A DNA stretch of 64,000 bases. Source: an uncultured Elusimicrobia bacterium. GTDB lineage: Bacteria > Elusimicrobiota > Elusimicrobia > 2-01-FULL-59-12. Both the position numbers and the translations under genes were made by a program. Below the pieces are notes generated by a model. It made no database searches. It was not told the DNA's origin and saw nothing but the letters and a program-made list of their open reading frames with translations. This document shows positions 45,301 to 60,300 of the stretch, one piece after another (the stretch's first letter is position 1; each line of letters starts with the position of its first letter). The stretch covers positions 3,012-67,011 of the forward strand of contig CAZDML010000002.1 in the NCBI GenBank assembly GCA_964506645.1. Reading direction: 5' to 3'.

Positions 45301-48300
45301 CGTAAGGACAATCTGACTAATGATGGTCGAGGATGAATAGGTCGGCGGTTGCACTTGGAAACTAAGACGCATCATAGGCACCGGCAAGTATTGTGGATCT
45401 ACAGGAACTGTTCCGTCGCCCTGAGCCAAGCTTGTCTTACCCTGCCACCGTGTCCCCAAGAGCAACACCTGTTTGGCGTTATACGTGGGATCTGTCGTGG
45501 GCACAGGCGACAGATCCACCGGCGTCATGACGACACCGGCGGTCACCAGATCACCATAAGAATGCACGGGGACGATGCGCGCTGCATCGTTTGTCCAGCC
45601 CTGGAGCGTATCTTCATTCGGATCAAAGGCGTTGTTGCTCGGAACTACCGGTGGAACAACCGTCACAAAATCAGTCGCTGACACATGCAGCGTCTCCTGT
45701 ACGCTGTCGGTCATGAGCAGATTGGAGTATGTCCCCGCATCGGCGACCTTAAAGGTATAGCTGGACACCACATGCGCCAAGTCGGTCGCATCATAAATCT
45801 GGACCGTGGTGGTTGAACCCGAGGTACCAAACTGAACCGTACCCGTGTAATACTGACCGTTTTTGACATCGCCGCGCGCCACGTTGCCAAATTGGTCGCG
45901 CGCCACAATATTTCCAAACGGCAACAGGTTGTTGACGGGCATCGGGTTATTGACGTTATTAATCGGTTCGATCGTGAGATACGCTGCCGGCGCCGGCGAA
46001 ATAAAGTGCGTGGTGGTCGCCGAGGTGAGGGCACCGACGCTGTCGAAGGCCACCATGGTGCGCGTGCCCTGCTGCGTATCGTAGTAGTACATACTGACCG
46101 AGCTATTGCCAGCGAGCATCTGCACCGGCAGGACGTTCGGCAGGACAGGGCCCGGAATGTATTTGAAGAGTGACAGGTTGGACGCATCGGTGTAGCCGTA
46201 GGCACCGGTGGAATTCGATACATAGAAGTTCACGACCGTGTTTGCGGTCACAGACGAAATATTGAGGTACGGGTCCATCGCACGCACGGTGATCACGGTG
46301 TTGGTCGGCGCACCCACCGAGTAATTGGGTTCATACTGCACGGTCGTTCCGGCCACGAGGTAGCGTGACGGGGTAGCAAACACCAGCTGGCTCGCCGGCG
46401 CTGGGGCCACTGTATAGGTTGAGTTTGCTGATACAAAACCGTTGCGACTGATGGTCACCGTACGATCACCGGCCAGCGTGTCCTTCATATAGAAGGTCAT
46501 CGTACTCTGACCCACGGCTATCGTGGCCGAGCTCGTTCCCGACTGGAAGGCGGAGGTACTGTACGGTGTGGCAAAGCTCGCCGTTCCCGGAACATCTGTC
46601 GTTAAGGTGAACACCGCGGCCGAATTGGTGATCGGGCTCGGGTTGCCGAATATATCTTCCGAAGCAAAGCGGAACTGCTGGGACGTTGTTCCCGCCACAA
46701 GCGCCGATGGCGCGCTCAGGAAACCAATCTGATAGAGCGCGTTGGGAGAAATCGTCACTTTCTGCGTCCCGGTACTCAGAAGCGCGCCATCAATGGTCCC
46801 TGTGGAGAAGGCCCGCAGCATCGGGCTCGACACCGGCGCTGTATAGTTTTCACTGGCGTTCGTATCCAGGTAGTAGAAGGTCGTACCCCAGAAACCGCTG
46901 TTGATCGTCACGGTCGTGATTGGATTCACAAAAGACGGCGCCGGCGGTGCAGCGAAGTAGGACGTTGACGACGAGAAGCCGTAAGCGTCGTAGCTCGATG
47001 AGACCACACGGTAGCTGGCCAAGAAGAGGGTCGCGGTGGAGACCACCGGCGTTGGATTGCCATAGGTATCTTGAATTTCTAGATTCAGATATGACAGGTT
47101 CGGATTACCGGTGAGAGAGAGCGGCGTTCCGGCGACGAGTGTACGCACCGGGTTATGGAAAGCAATCTGCGCTTTGGCATCCGGATTCACGATAAGGTCA
47201 TACGAGGTCCTTACGTTAGAGTTGGCGTAGCCTGTTCCGCCGATGTAGGCGCGCAATGTCCAGGTCCCTACACGACCGTCTTCGATCGGCGTGGAGGACA
47301 TCTTGTCGAAGTAGACGAATGTCTTCTGCGTGTCGCCACCGCTAAACGCCAGGTTGGTAATCGGCACACCGAGCAAATTCGGATCCTGGAACTCGTAATC
47401 GTGGTTGCTGGAGGAGAAGCCGCGCCCCGCATGCACCGCGACCTGGCCATTGGCGGTGTAATCGAGTTGCACCGTTGATCCCTGATAGTCCGTCGGGTTG
47501 TCAAAGTCGTCACGACGTTCCAGTGTAAAGAGCGGCAGGTGCAGATAATCCTGGCCTGCGGTCTGCGACACCGGTGGAGAGACAAACGCCAGTTTGCTCG
47601 TATCACCACCTGTTGTAATCATGCGTCCAGACTGGTTGGCCACCGGTTGCGCTCCGACCGTTGCGCTAAACCGGACAGCGCCATAGTCGCCGGCGTGCGA
47701 GGAGACGTAGTAATACACCGAGACAGCGCCACTGGAGTTGGTTACCGTGGATGTCGTCGGTACGGGTGGCACGGCCGATGATGCAGAGGCATCGAAGGAT
47801 ATCGTCCCAGCCACACCAGACACATTCGCCGTGGTCAGGGCCACCGTAATACCGGCGCTGTCCGCATAGTTGTCGTAGGGGTCCGCCAGACGCGCCGTCA
47901 CCGGCCAGCGGCCCAGAGACGACAGCGTTCCCGCCGGTACATTTTGATCACCAGCCGGATCAACCACCCACTGCGACGGCGCACCTGGGGTCACGGTAAT
48001 ATACGAAGGGGTTGAGTACACGACCCCTGTCGGCGACCAGACATTGTTGGTGTCAATCGTCCAGCCGCGCGTCGAGTTCACGTTAATCGGATCGGAATCA
48101 TCCACTGCCTGCAGCCATCGGCTGCCTGCCGCACGCAGGCTGAAGTAGTTGGTCAGACACTTCTGTCCGCTGCCCGTAATTAAATTAAAGGTTGTGGTGC
48201 CGGGTAACCAGGGCGGATCCTGGTTGCCATCCGTGAGATAGCCGTTGCCTGTCGTCTCCGCATTGAAGGAAATCGATGTCACCGTGGAGGTTGACGTATG

Positions 48301-51300
48301 CGGACCCGTCGACAGAATATTGTGATAGGCATCGTGCATCACCACACAGCCACTGAAACCGACACCGGCCGAGCTGGTTGTCGGCAGACCCGTGATATGC
48401 AGATGATGTTTGGGACCCGGATACACACGCAAGGCATTGGACGCGCCGGAAGTAATTGCTGTTGTGCCCACCGGTGTCGTAGGCGTGGTCGAAGCCGTGA
48501 TCACAAAGCTAAGTTGCGCCGAGCTGGCAACAACTGTCCACGGCATGTAGCCGACACCATTCAAGAGCTGGCTCGGGTTGGCCGGTGACTGCCAGTTTAC
48601 ATCTGAATCGTTGGACGTTAAGAGGACTTCCGGCATCGTGCCGAGGCTGACCAGGTTGTACTGCGCATCCGTCAGATAGACGGTGGTCACAAAGGCTGTA
48701 CCCGCTACCTGAGAGGTCGGGCTTCCGGTACGACCGGTGGCCGAGCCCTGGAGCGGCGCTTCCCCTGGCATCACAACCATCAATTTGGTGGCCGATCCCG
48801 CCAGCACATTGAACGAACCGGTATCCGGTGAAACCGAAGTTGCCCAAGTCGTGGTCGGGTCAACCAGGTTGGTATCGACCGCGCTGGCCGTGCCGGTGCT
48901 AGCCGTACGGAACTGCAGCGTCACATTGGCCACGCTCTGGCCGTTGCTGATTGTCTGCGTGGCCGGTTCCGTATCGTAAGGATCAGAGGTACGCACGGCG
49001 ACCTGTTCGGTCAAGTGCGACGTCACCGCGTTGAAATACGTATCGGACACCTGCAGAGTGGCCGTGTAAGTAGATCCCGCCACGAAGGTATTCACGGTGC
49101 CGGTTTTGCCCGGAGCCCCGGAGCCCGGCGTTGCGGTTTCACCCGGCAAAAGCAGGAGCAGCTTGGTCGCTGATTTCGGACTCGCCGTAAACTGGGAAGA
49201 AATGGAAGACGTCCAGGCCGTACCGTGACCGACCGTCACATCATCGGCACGGAAGAATTCGGTGGTCGCTTTATAAAGCGTGTATACAAAGGTTGTCTGG
49301 CCAGAGGCTGCATTAATCGCTTGCGTGCTCGGATTCACGGCATAAGGATCCTGATTGCCCACAATTGAAATCTGAACATCAGCGGTGTTAGCACCCGGAT
49401 TGGCCGGTGGTACAGTGATCGTATTGAAGAATTTATCGGTCACGTACACGCTCACCTGCAGCAAGTTACCGACCGTGTAGGCTGACGGGGATCCGGCTTT
49501 ACCGGTGGCCGTTCCGTAGGACGGTGTTTCACCCGGCAGCACCGTCAGTAGTTTGCGGGTCGCACCGCCGCTGCTATTGGCGCTCACGGCGATTGCCGCG
49601 GTGAGTGATTGTGTGTAGTTGGAAGTCCCCAGATCCTGCGCCGTCAGTGTCCATCCGGTATTGGTGGATGTCAGTAGCGTCATCGGGAATGTGTAGCTGC
49701 CGGTGGTTACGTTAATAGCCACAGGATCGAGCCCATCGGATGTCCACGGACCCGTGGATTGATCGTTCGGATCTGACGACGTTACGCGCAATGTGCCCGT
49801 CGCGCTGGCCACGAGGTTCCAGAAACCGTCAGTGATATTCACCGTCGGATAGAACACCACCCCCGCCGTCTGCGCATTGGGCGATCCGCTCACACCGCGC
49901 GTCATCAAGACGTTGCCCGGGACTGCGGTTTCGCCCGGCAGCACGAGCTGCAGCTTGGAGGCCCCAGCAGCAGTCACAGTAAACGTGGACGACGCCAGGG
50001 TAAGTGCTGGCGCATTCGTATCATTGGACACTGCCGTTACGGTGGTTAGACCGGCGGTCTGAACATTGATGCTGCTCACCTGGAGCTGCCCGCTGGAGAG
50101 CGAGTAGCTTCCTGGATCAGTGTCATACGCATCATTGGTGCCGACATAGATCGGGTTGCGGCCGGTCGAGACAATGTTGGAATACGCATCGGTAACATAG
50201 ACCGTGGCTGGCATATCCACACCCGCGATCTGTGTCGCGGCTGTCCCGTTGATGCCAGAACCCGCAACAAGCGTCTGGTTCGGCAGTGCAATTAAGAGTT
50301 TGGTCGGCGCACCGGCCTGCACAAACACGTTGGTGCTGGTGTCCGATGAATAGCCCAGAGCGGACTGATCCGCGGCCGTGTAGGTCCAGGTGCCGGCGGT
50401 GACCGGGGTCACACCGTAGACAGCGACCGCTGCCGAGAGCGACTGTGGGTTACCGCCCAAGTACGCCGATTCATTATCAAACGGATCGGTTGAAGTCAGC
50501 AGAACGCTCGGCATCGTAGCCGCCGACTGCACGTTGTAATAACTGTCCGTCAAGCGTACCGTCACGTTGTAGTTCGTACCGGCCGTCGCTGTGGTAGGCA
50601 AGCCCGTTTTGCCTTTGGCACCGCCAGCAATATAGCCCGCCACCGCCGTTTCGCCCGGTATCAGGAGCTGCAGTTTCGCAGCCGGACCGGCTGTCACCGG
50701 CACGACGGCAGAGGTATTGGACGAGACCGTAGTGACAGAATCGGAAGTGGTCGATGCGGTGATCGTCCAGCTCGAACTGGCGCGTGCAAAGACCATCTGG
50801 AAGATGGTCGCTCCGGCGCTGAGCGTTTGCGGATTAAGCGCTGGGGCATAAGGATCGGTGGTCGTCAGCTGCACTTTGACGTTGGCTGGAACTTTGTTCC
50901 AGTTCAGATCAACCACGTTCACCGTTACTGGGAAAGCCACGCCCGCGGCCTGGGTCGTGATGCTCACCGACGTTTTGCCCGTGGTCGAGCCCGGTACAGC
51001 GGTTTCGCCCGGCACCAGAATTTGCAGTTTCACAACGCTGTTCGCATTCACAGTGATCTGCGAAGATGTCACAGAAGAGGAACTTGCATCAAGCGGCGTC
51101 CCGGACATACGCAGCGCTGTGAAAGACGCCGTGGGGGTTGCTGTCTGCAGCGTAAAGGCGTAGTTCGTAGTACCGATCAACGAAATCGTTTGCGGGCTTA
51201 CAAATAGGTCAGACGGTGTTACCTTCACGCTGATCGATGCGGTCGGCACAACGTTAAAGTGTTTATCTACCGCGTTGACCGTTAACGTGTTCGAGACACC

Positions 51301-54300
51301 CGAGGTCCAGGCCGTCGGTGTGCCAGTGCGGCCCAGGCCGTTCAAATTGTACGTTCCTGAACCGGCGAGCACGCTTTCGCCCGGCAGAATCACTTGCAGT
51401 GTCTGTGCGGCGCCTGACTGCACCGGAATTGCTGGGGATACATCCGAAGCCACATTGAGACCTGGGGCACTGGCGGTTAGCGTCCAGCCTGTGGTGCTGG
51501 CAGTCGTCATCGTCCAGGCCTGAATCGTGGATCCTGCGGTAAGAGCGATGGAGAGTGGATCGGCTTGATATTCTGCCGTGCGATTGTCGTACGGATCCGA
51601 GCTGGCCAGGGTCATGCCCGGAGGCGTGGTGTTGGTCTTGTTGAAGAAGCGGTCGACCGTGCGCACCGTAACATTAAAGGAAGTGCCGGCGGTGGCTGTG
51701 CTGATGGACGTAGTCACTTTGCCGGTGGCTGACCCAGGAGCAGCCGTCTGGCCAGGCACCAAAATCTGAACTGCGTTCACGCTGTCGGGAGCCATCGTCA
51801 TTACACCGGATTGATAGGGTGCACTCAGCGTGAAGCCAGTGGCCGACGCCGTCACAGTCTGTGTACTGGCGTTTCCTGCTGCATTTTCTGCCGTCTTCAT
51901 CATGAACGGAATAAGCTGATAACCGCCGGTCAAGATCTTCGGACTATCCGTAGAGACCGGCACGGCGTTACCGTCGGACGATGTCAGCGTAACGACCGGG
52001 GCCGTCGTCGTCACAATATTGTAGTAAGCGTCTACCGCACGGACTTCGACAAAGTAGGTGGTGCCCACAGCAAACGCATCGAGTGTGCCTGGGGTGGTCG
52101 GATAGTTGGAGTCCGGCGATCCGGATTTGCCGCCTCCTGTGGTATTGCCTTCCTGGCTCGTTTCACCCGGGGCCAGCACGAGGAGTTTCTGCGCCGTGTT
52201 GGCCTGGACCGGAATCCATGTGGAATAGCCCATCGTGTAGGGATCGCCCGTCGCGGTGGACACCATGAGCTGCCAGCCCGCCGGATTGCGTGTAATCAGC
52301 GTCACACCGGTAATGACCACCTGACCCGTCTGACCTCCCGAGCCGGTCTGGAAGCTGCCAAGACCCTGGATGCCGGATTGCGCATTCGTGTCATCCGTAT
52401 TGAGCTGAAGGAACGTCGTCGCCGATTCAGCCAGGTTGAAATAGGAGTCGACCAGGCGCGCCGTCACATTGAACGGCGTCCCCGCGGTTTGCGTGTTAGC
52501 TGTGCCTGTCTTACCGCCGGACTGTCCAGCGTCGTACGGTGCACGGCCCGGATCTGCTGTTTCACCCGGCACCAGGACGATCAGTTTCGTTGGGGCCGCC
52601 GCATGGACCGTAATCGGATCGGTGGTCGTGCTAATGAGCGGTGCGCCGCCGTAGCCGGTAATCGTAGAGACAAACACCGTCCACGGGCCCGGCGCTTTGC
52701 GGAAATTAATGGTGTAGGCCGTGGGGCCGTTTACAACGGTCGTCGCCGGATCTGTATCGTAGGGGTCGCTCGTAATCATCTGAATCTGCGGCGTGATATC
52801 GGTCTTCGTATTGTAGAAGCGGTCGGTGATCGTTACGGTCGAGATGTACGCCGTGCCGGCCACAGCATCCGTGATCGCACCCAGGAAACCGCGCGCGGTA
52901 CCCGGCGTGTAGGTTTGTCCCGGCAACACCACAAGGACGCGGTCGGTCGTGGTGGCATTCACAACGACAAAATTGGAGGTATCCGAGCTGACGGTAATGC
53001 CGGAGACTGCGGTGGTGGCCGCGCCGACGGTCCAACCCGGAGCGGTGTTCGCCACTTTAAAGGTGATGTTAAAGGTCGCCTGACCGGCCGAGAGGCTGTT
53101 GGCCGCCGGGTTTATCGCGTACGGATCGGTGGCGGTCACTTGCACGGTCGGCATCGTGCCGCTGGTGACTTTGTTGTACTTTGCGTCAACCATGCGCACG
53201 GTGGTCGCATACGTCGCACCTGCAACCGTCGCACTGACCGATCCGGACTTCCCGAAGCCTGGCACGGCCGTTTCACCCGGCATGAGGAGCTGCAGACGAA
53301 CCGGTGCGCCCTGATTGACTGGGATAGCGGCGGACGTTGCGGTCGTAAGGTTGTACGCGTTGGCGTAGAGCACCTGCGGACTAAACGTATCGGTCGACAC
53401 GGCCAGCGTCACACCCAGGGTCGCCACACTCTGACCGCCGGAGAGACTGACGGACTGCGATGCTGGCGTGCCGTAGATATCGGACAAAGTGACGGTGGCA
53501 ATGGTCACGGTCGAAACGGTGTTGTAGAACGCGTCGACCGCGCGGATAGCGCCAATGGGCAGTGTAAAGGCAATACCTGCGGTTTGGGTATTGGGCGTTC
53601 CTGTCTTTCCGGTCACCGAACCCGGCGCCGCGGTTTCACCTGGCAGTAAGATCTGCAGTTTCGAGAGTCCGGCCGCATTCACTTTCACCGGGCTCGATAG
53701 ATGGATGTTGAACGGCGTGCCGCTTGCCGTTCCCGAGCTCGTCAGGGTCCAACCGGTGGCAGTCGCAGTCCGCAGGATAATACTGGTGTTGTCGGACAAC
53801 ACACCGTTCGATGTGCCCGCACCATTGATCAGCGGGTTGAGTCCGAGGCTGACGACATTGGAGTCATTGGTAATCACATAAATATTCACAGGGTTTCCGG
53901 TGGTATTGGCTTCCACCAGGTTCCAGTAATCATCGACCACGCGCACCGTGATCGGCACCGCCACACCGGCAGTCTGCGTCACAATCGCTCCGGTCTTGCC
54001 ACCGTTATTGGTCGGCCAGTAGCCCGTGCCCTGTACCGGCGTTTCGCCCTGCACCAGGATCTGTAGATTTTTCTTGGTGACATCCGGGTCGATCGTCAGA
54101 TGTTCATAGGCTGAGTTAAAACCGGTGGCGGTCGCGGTGGAGGCCGTGAACGGTGCCAGCGAAAGGTCGTAATCGGTGGTGCGCTTCGTGACGAAGTTCC
54201 ACAGGAAAGTCGAGGTGCCTTGCGTCAGTCCGATGCTGAGAGACGGCGACGGTTTGGCGTTCGTATCGTCGGTCTGCACGTTGACCGTGACATTGGTAGA

Positions 54301-57300
54301 AATAATATTGCCCCAGGTATCGGTCGCATCCAACGTAAAGGTAATAGTGGAGCCAGCGACGAAGTGCGCATCCGAAGCCGGGCCCGTGCGGGGGCCGCTC
54401 TTTAATAAGGTAGAACCGGGCAACGCACTTTCGCCATTCACCAGCAAGCGCAAGTAGCGAGGGCTCGACGCACCGGAATCCGGATAGAGCGTAAAGGCCG
54501 GCGACGTATAAGTCGGATTGCTCAGACCCACGATATTGCCACGGATCGTCTGGGAGGATCCGTTGTAGTCGACCGCACGGAACAGGGTGACGCTGAACGT
54601 CGTCGTACCGCTGGTCAGTGATTTTGCACCGACACCTGTCGCGAACGGATCATCGGGCGAGCTCAAAGTGAGCGAGCTTCCAGAATTGGTCTGGTTCCAA
54701 TAGCCGTCGACCGCATATACCGTTACGATCTGCGGCGTACCGGCAATCCATGAGGTCGGCGTTCCAGATTTGCCCCCCGTTCCGCCTGTGGCCGGCGCAT
54801 AGGGAGGCTGACCTGCCTGATACGTTTCACCCGGCAACACCACAAGTACGCGGTCCGCGCTACCCGCGGTGATCGGAATCGCGGCGGCCGAACCAGACGT
54901 GTACGCGCCTGTGTGGAACATGGAAACGGTCTGTGATCCGGCCTGATACATCTGGATCGCAAAAGAAGTCGTGCCGCTGGCAAGCGGTTGTGTGGTGCCG
55001 TCCGTATCATACGGATCGGTCGTCTGGAACCAGACGTTACCGGTCGCCACGCCGCCCACCGCATTGTTGTACGCGTCTGTGATCGTTGCAGTCGCTTTCC
55101 ACACCGCGCCCGCAGTTGCGCCAGTCGGACTCCCTGAGATGCCGCTTCCCGCGTTAAGCGTGGTGCCCGGCACAGTCACCATAATCTTGGTCGGCGAGTT
55201 CGCCACAACCGGCAGAGCGGCGGACACTTCATCGGCCAAGCGCTGGCCCGTCACGGTCGACACACGCACCGTCCAGCCGCTGCCGGAAGCGGTGATAAAT
55301 TGCAGCGCGAACACCGTCGTCCCGCTGGTCAGGTCCTGCTGGATATTGGTCTGCGTCGCATTCGGATCGCTTTCGATCATCTTGATCTTGGCCGCCGCAG
55401 TCGAAATCAAGTTGAAGTAGCTATCCGTCGCATTCACCGTAGCGGAGTACATCTGGCCAGCCGTAAACGGCGTGGCCGGGCTGCCAGATTTTCCAGTCGG
55501 CGATCCTGGAGCGGCCGTCTGACCCTGCACGAGGAGCTGCAGTAAGGTGGCCGAGCCACTGATCACCGTAAACGAGGTGCTGGTAGATGCTGTGAAGTTG
55601 TAGGTGTTGGATGTCACCACGTTAACGAAGTACGACGCGGTGGTCGTGGAGCGGTTGACCGCTGTAACGACCGTCCCTGAGCCGCCCGACAAACCGAAGG
55701 AAGCGCCGCCCGGATACTGCGTATATAAGGAAGCATTCGCGCCGACACGCACGACCGGGTTGTCATTGACCAGGTTGTAGTACTGGTCCGTACCAACCAC
55801 GGTCACAGTGAACGTGGAACCGGCGACCGGGCTCACACCGCCAAAGGGGGTACCTGTTTTCCCGCTGGCGGCGACATTGCCCTGCGACAGGCTTTCGCCC
55901 GGCAGCAGGATAACCAGGAGATGCGGATTTCCGGCGTTGGTGTCCGGGTTCACAAGCAGCGGGCCTGCGCTCGCATAGGTGTAGCCCGGACCGGTATTGG
56001 TCGTCACTGTCACAGTCCAGCCCGTGGTCGAGGCCGACTTAAAGGTGTGGCCGTAGGTCGTGAAATAGGTGCCGCTATTGATCGATTTGGTCGTGTCCGG
56101 ATCCGGCGAATCGTACGGATCGGTCGTCGTCAGACTCAAATTGACCGCTCCGCCGGGATTATTGACCACGTTGTAGTATGGGTCGGTGAGGCGCACGGTG
56201 AGGCTGTAGCTCGTTCCAGCCGTCGCTGCGGTGATCGAGCCTGATTTTCCACCACCTGCCACATTGCCCGGCACGGCGGTTTCGCCGCCCAGAAGAATAT
56301 GCAGTTTTGTCGGGCTGGCCACTTGCATCGGGATGTTTTGCGACACGTCCGAGTTCAGTGTCCCTGTCGCCGTTAAGACGTGAGGAATTGATGCCCCGTT
56401 TGAGGCCTGCGCACTAAGCAGCGTGACCGAGTAAGTCGTCGAACCCGAGGTCAACGCCTTCGTCTGCGCCGTGAGGCCTGGCGTTCCGTAGGCGTCATCG
56501 CTGGTTAAATACGTCGCAACGTTGGTCGAGATAATGTTGTACCAGTCATCCGTCGCATTGACCGTAACGATGAACGCCTGGCCGGCGGTCTGTGTATTGG
56601 GAGTTCCCGTTTTTCCGGCCGGGTTACCCGCGCCGCCAAAGTCTGCCGGGATACCAGCGTCAGCCGTTTCACCCGGGGCCACAATCTGATAGCGCGAGAG
56701 CGTGTTGGCCGATACGGTAAAGAACGTGGAATCGGCTGCGGCATAGGTCAGGCCTGGATCCGTCGCCTCAATTTGGTGATTCGAACCCGCAGTGACCAGG
56801 GTCACGGAGGCAATAAAGGTAGCGTTGTACCCGTTGTTGCCGACGTTCGTCATCACGAGGCTCGGTGGATACGTGGCGTATTGATCCATCGGCAAGGACG
56901 CCGCCGAGGCCGCCAACTGAACGGTCGGGAACGGCAGACCAGACACGTTCTTAATCGGATTCGAATAGGCATCGACCAAGTTCACAATGACGCCCGGCGC
57001 CTGAATCGCCACACCCGCGGTCTGCGCGGTCGGCGTTCCCGTCTTGCCGCCTGAGCCTGGGACGTTGGTTTCACCCGGCAACAAGACCTGGAAGACAGCC
57101 GTGTTGCTGGACGCTTTCACGTTCACACTCGAAATGGTTTGCGACGAAATGGTCGCGCTGTCCGTATCGACCGCCGAGAAGCTCCAGCCCGACTGTGCTG
57201 TACGCGGTGTGAAGGAAGCAAACACCACTTGGCCTTGGTTCATGGGCGTTGTGGAATTACCCTGAACATAGACATCGTTGCCCACGGTTGCGACATTGTC

Positions 57301-60300
57301 AGCCACATTACTGGTGTAGATGCCTGGGGCCCCACGATTGCGGTTCCAATAGTGGTCAACCGCCTGGATCGTGATCGGGAAAGCCACACCAGCGGTTGCT
57401 GATCCCGGCAGCGCTGGATTGGTTTTCCCCGCACCCCCCGGTGAGGACCCTTCATCGTAAGTCTGGTTCGCGGTTAAGACGCGCAATTTCACCACCGGGC
57501 CCGGATAGACTTTTACCCAGGTCGATTGATCCATCGTGTAATAGGAGCCTGAGCCGCCGTCGGACGGGTCGTTCTGATCGCGCACCGTCATGAGCCAGCC
57601 TTTCAGGTTGCGCGTCGGGTTGGTCGAAGGCGATGTCGGGTTGTTCTGCGTGCGGTAGGTTACCGTGCCGATCGCCACACCGTTATTCAAACTCATTGCC
57701 AGGAAGATCGGCGTCAGGTTGGGATCGCCGCTGAGCGAGGTATCCGAGTGCATATTCACCACCGGCATCGGCAGGTTGTTCGTAATCAGGTTGTAGTATT
57801 GGTCCACCAGGCGCACCGTGAAGGTGCTGGCAATACCCGCGTAGTAGAAAGCAGGGCTTCCGCTCTTACCGCCGTTGGTCTGATTATAAGGAGGCAAACC
57901 CGGTACCGCGGTTTCGCCCTGCATCACCAGCTGCAGGCGCTGTGTACCGACCGAGGCCGTATCGGCACCCACCGTAAAGTTCGAAGTCACGTAATTCGGG
58001 TTCGTGAGGACCGAGGTCGCCAGCACCACCTGCGAACCGGCGGTCACCGGTACAAGCGAGAACGTGGTCACACCCGAAGCCAACGTCAAGGACGACGGCA
58101 CCACCGCATAGGTGTCACTGGAAAGCGAGATCCAGACCTTATCCAGACTGTCCGAGGTGTCCGTGTTATAGAACGAGTCGACCCCATAAACAGTTGCCAC
58201 GAGTGTATTTCCGGCCAGGATACCATTCGGTGTACCGCTCTTACCCAGCGGTGTTGTCTGGTATTTGCCCTGGACACGCGACTCACCCGGCAGCATCACC
58301 AAGAGACGATTGGCCGTTCCGGGATTGATCGTAATATTGCTCGAGGTATTTCCTGTACCGGCACCAGAGACAGCCATTGTCTGCACGCCGGCACTTACCA
58401 TGGTCTGATTAAAGATGGTGGTTCCGGAAGAGAGCGGCTTATTGCCCGGATCTGTATCAAAAGAATCGGAGGTCGTCGCCGTAATCGTCGGGTTGCTTGA
58501 CGGCGTGACATTCCAATATTGGTCGACGGCGTTCACAGTAACTGTAAAAGGCGCCCCAGCAGTAAAGCTCAGAGGAATGGTGTTCTTGCCGGCCGGGGCT
58601 GTCGTTTTACCCCCCGCGTTGGTTTCGCCCTGGATCAAGACCTGTAATCCGACGGTTGTGTTGGGCACGACATTAATGCCCGTCTGATTGCCCGCTGAAA
58701 CGGCCAAGCCCGACACACGAGACACGGTCAGTGTACGGCCCAGCGCCGCTTTCAGCAGAGTGAGGCCATTGGTAAAGACATGAGTACCGTTATCCGATCC
58801 CGGTACAAAAGTGTAATTTGCCGGAAGGCCGGCGCCTGCACTTTCTGGTCCGATCGTAGCATCGGGATTGGCAATCGAGAAACCAACGGTACCGTTATAC
58901 GACAGTGCCACACCATTGGCGTTATCGAGCGCATTGACTGTGATGTCACGCGATGTACCGGCCGTGATATTGGTCGTCGTATCCACAATCACCTGCAGAT
59001 GATCGGCGGGCAAGGTCACGATAAAGTTGTTGCCGTTGCCGATGTCCGAGTTGGACTCGATGTTGCCGGCATTATCAATGGAGCGCGCCTTTGCCCAGTA
59101 GCGCTTACCGGAAATCCAAATACTGTTACTCGAGTAGCTCCAGTTAAGCGTTCCCGAAGCGTCGAGCCAGGAGTTGGCTTCATCGGTTCCGACGCGTGAG
59201 AAGGAGGAGTTGTTGACTGCGTTAAAGCTGGACGGATTGTAGAAATAGTCCTCCGGTCCCGCCGACTGGCCGGTGGGCGCGTTATCCAAACGCAGGGAGA
59301 TCTGCACTTTTCGGATGCCGGCTAGACCGACATCGGCCGCAGTTCCTGCGATGCTGGCCGGGTTCTGCTGCACGTCGTTATCGGCGGGTGATGACACAGC
59401 ACCGTGTGGCGTATCCGTATCAAAGATAACGGTCGACGTTGTGCCAGGGGTTTCCGTATTGCCCACCGCATCCACCGCATAGGCATGAACAATATAAGTC
59501 GCCCCGTTAGTCAGATTGACGGCATCAAGACCTGTGTTCCAATAGGACCAGGAAGCCGTCGATGTCGCAATTAGGAAATATTCCGTAGTCGCACCGAAAT
59601 TCGCGCCGTTAAAGTAGTGGGTCGCACCACCGCTGAGTTCTTCCACTGAGACATACACACGAGAAACACCCGCCGGATAAGTATTCGGGTCGCTGGCCGT
59701 TCCGGAAATAACCGTCATCGGTTCGATGATGGAATGGGCAGCGCCGTTCACCGGTTTCTGGATCAGTGTGATGGGCGCCGTTGTATCGAGAGTAAAGGTG
59801 ACGGTGTTGTACGCCACTTCAAAGTTGCCCGAACGGTCGTTGGCACGCGACTGGATGGTGTAACGGTCATCGGTGTACACGTTGGTTGAAATCGCCGGAC
59901 CTGTGGTCACTGACCAGGTGTAGTTGGGCAGTATGCCCGGGGTGACTTGTGCCGCCAACGGGAAGTTGAGGCTCGTGCCGGAGTTATCAAAGAGCGCCGT
60001 ACTCGGGTTGTAATATTGGCCCGAAGAATTGCCAATACGAATCTTGACACCGCCTGAGGCGATACCAGATCCGTTGGAACTGACATCACTGGCGGTCCCG
60101 CTGATTACGAGCGGCCCGGAAGACAGTCTCACATTGTTGGTGGGCAACGTCGTTTGTGATGTCGGTGAGCTGCTATCCACCGTGAAGTTAATGCCCCCCG
60201 CGCCCGTGACAAAATCAAACGTGGAGCCGAGGTTGCCGATCGGAATATTACCGGCATTATCGCGTGCGCGCACAAACATCTTGTAGCGGGCGTTGGAGCT

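Noticed and set aside
51811-53649. 612-aa plus-strand ORF, R/G/C-rich (MIGCTQREASGRRRHSL...)
   Set aside because: It is antisense to the Thr/Ala/Ser/Gly-rich Ig-domain region of the giant gene. Its low-complexity Arg/Gly content is an artefact of complementing ACN/GCN/TCN codons, so it is not a real gene.
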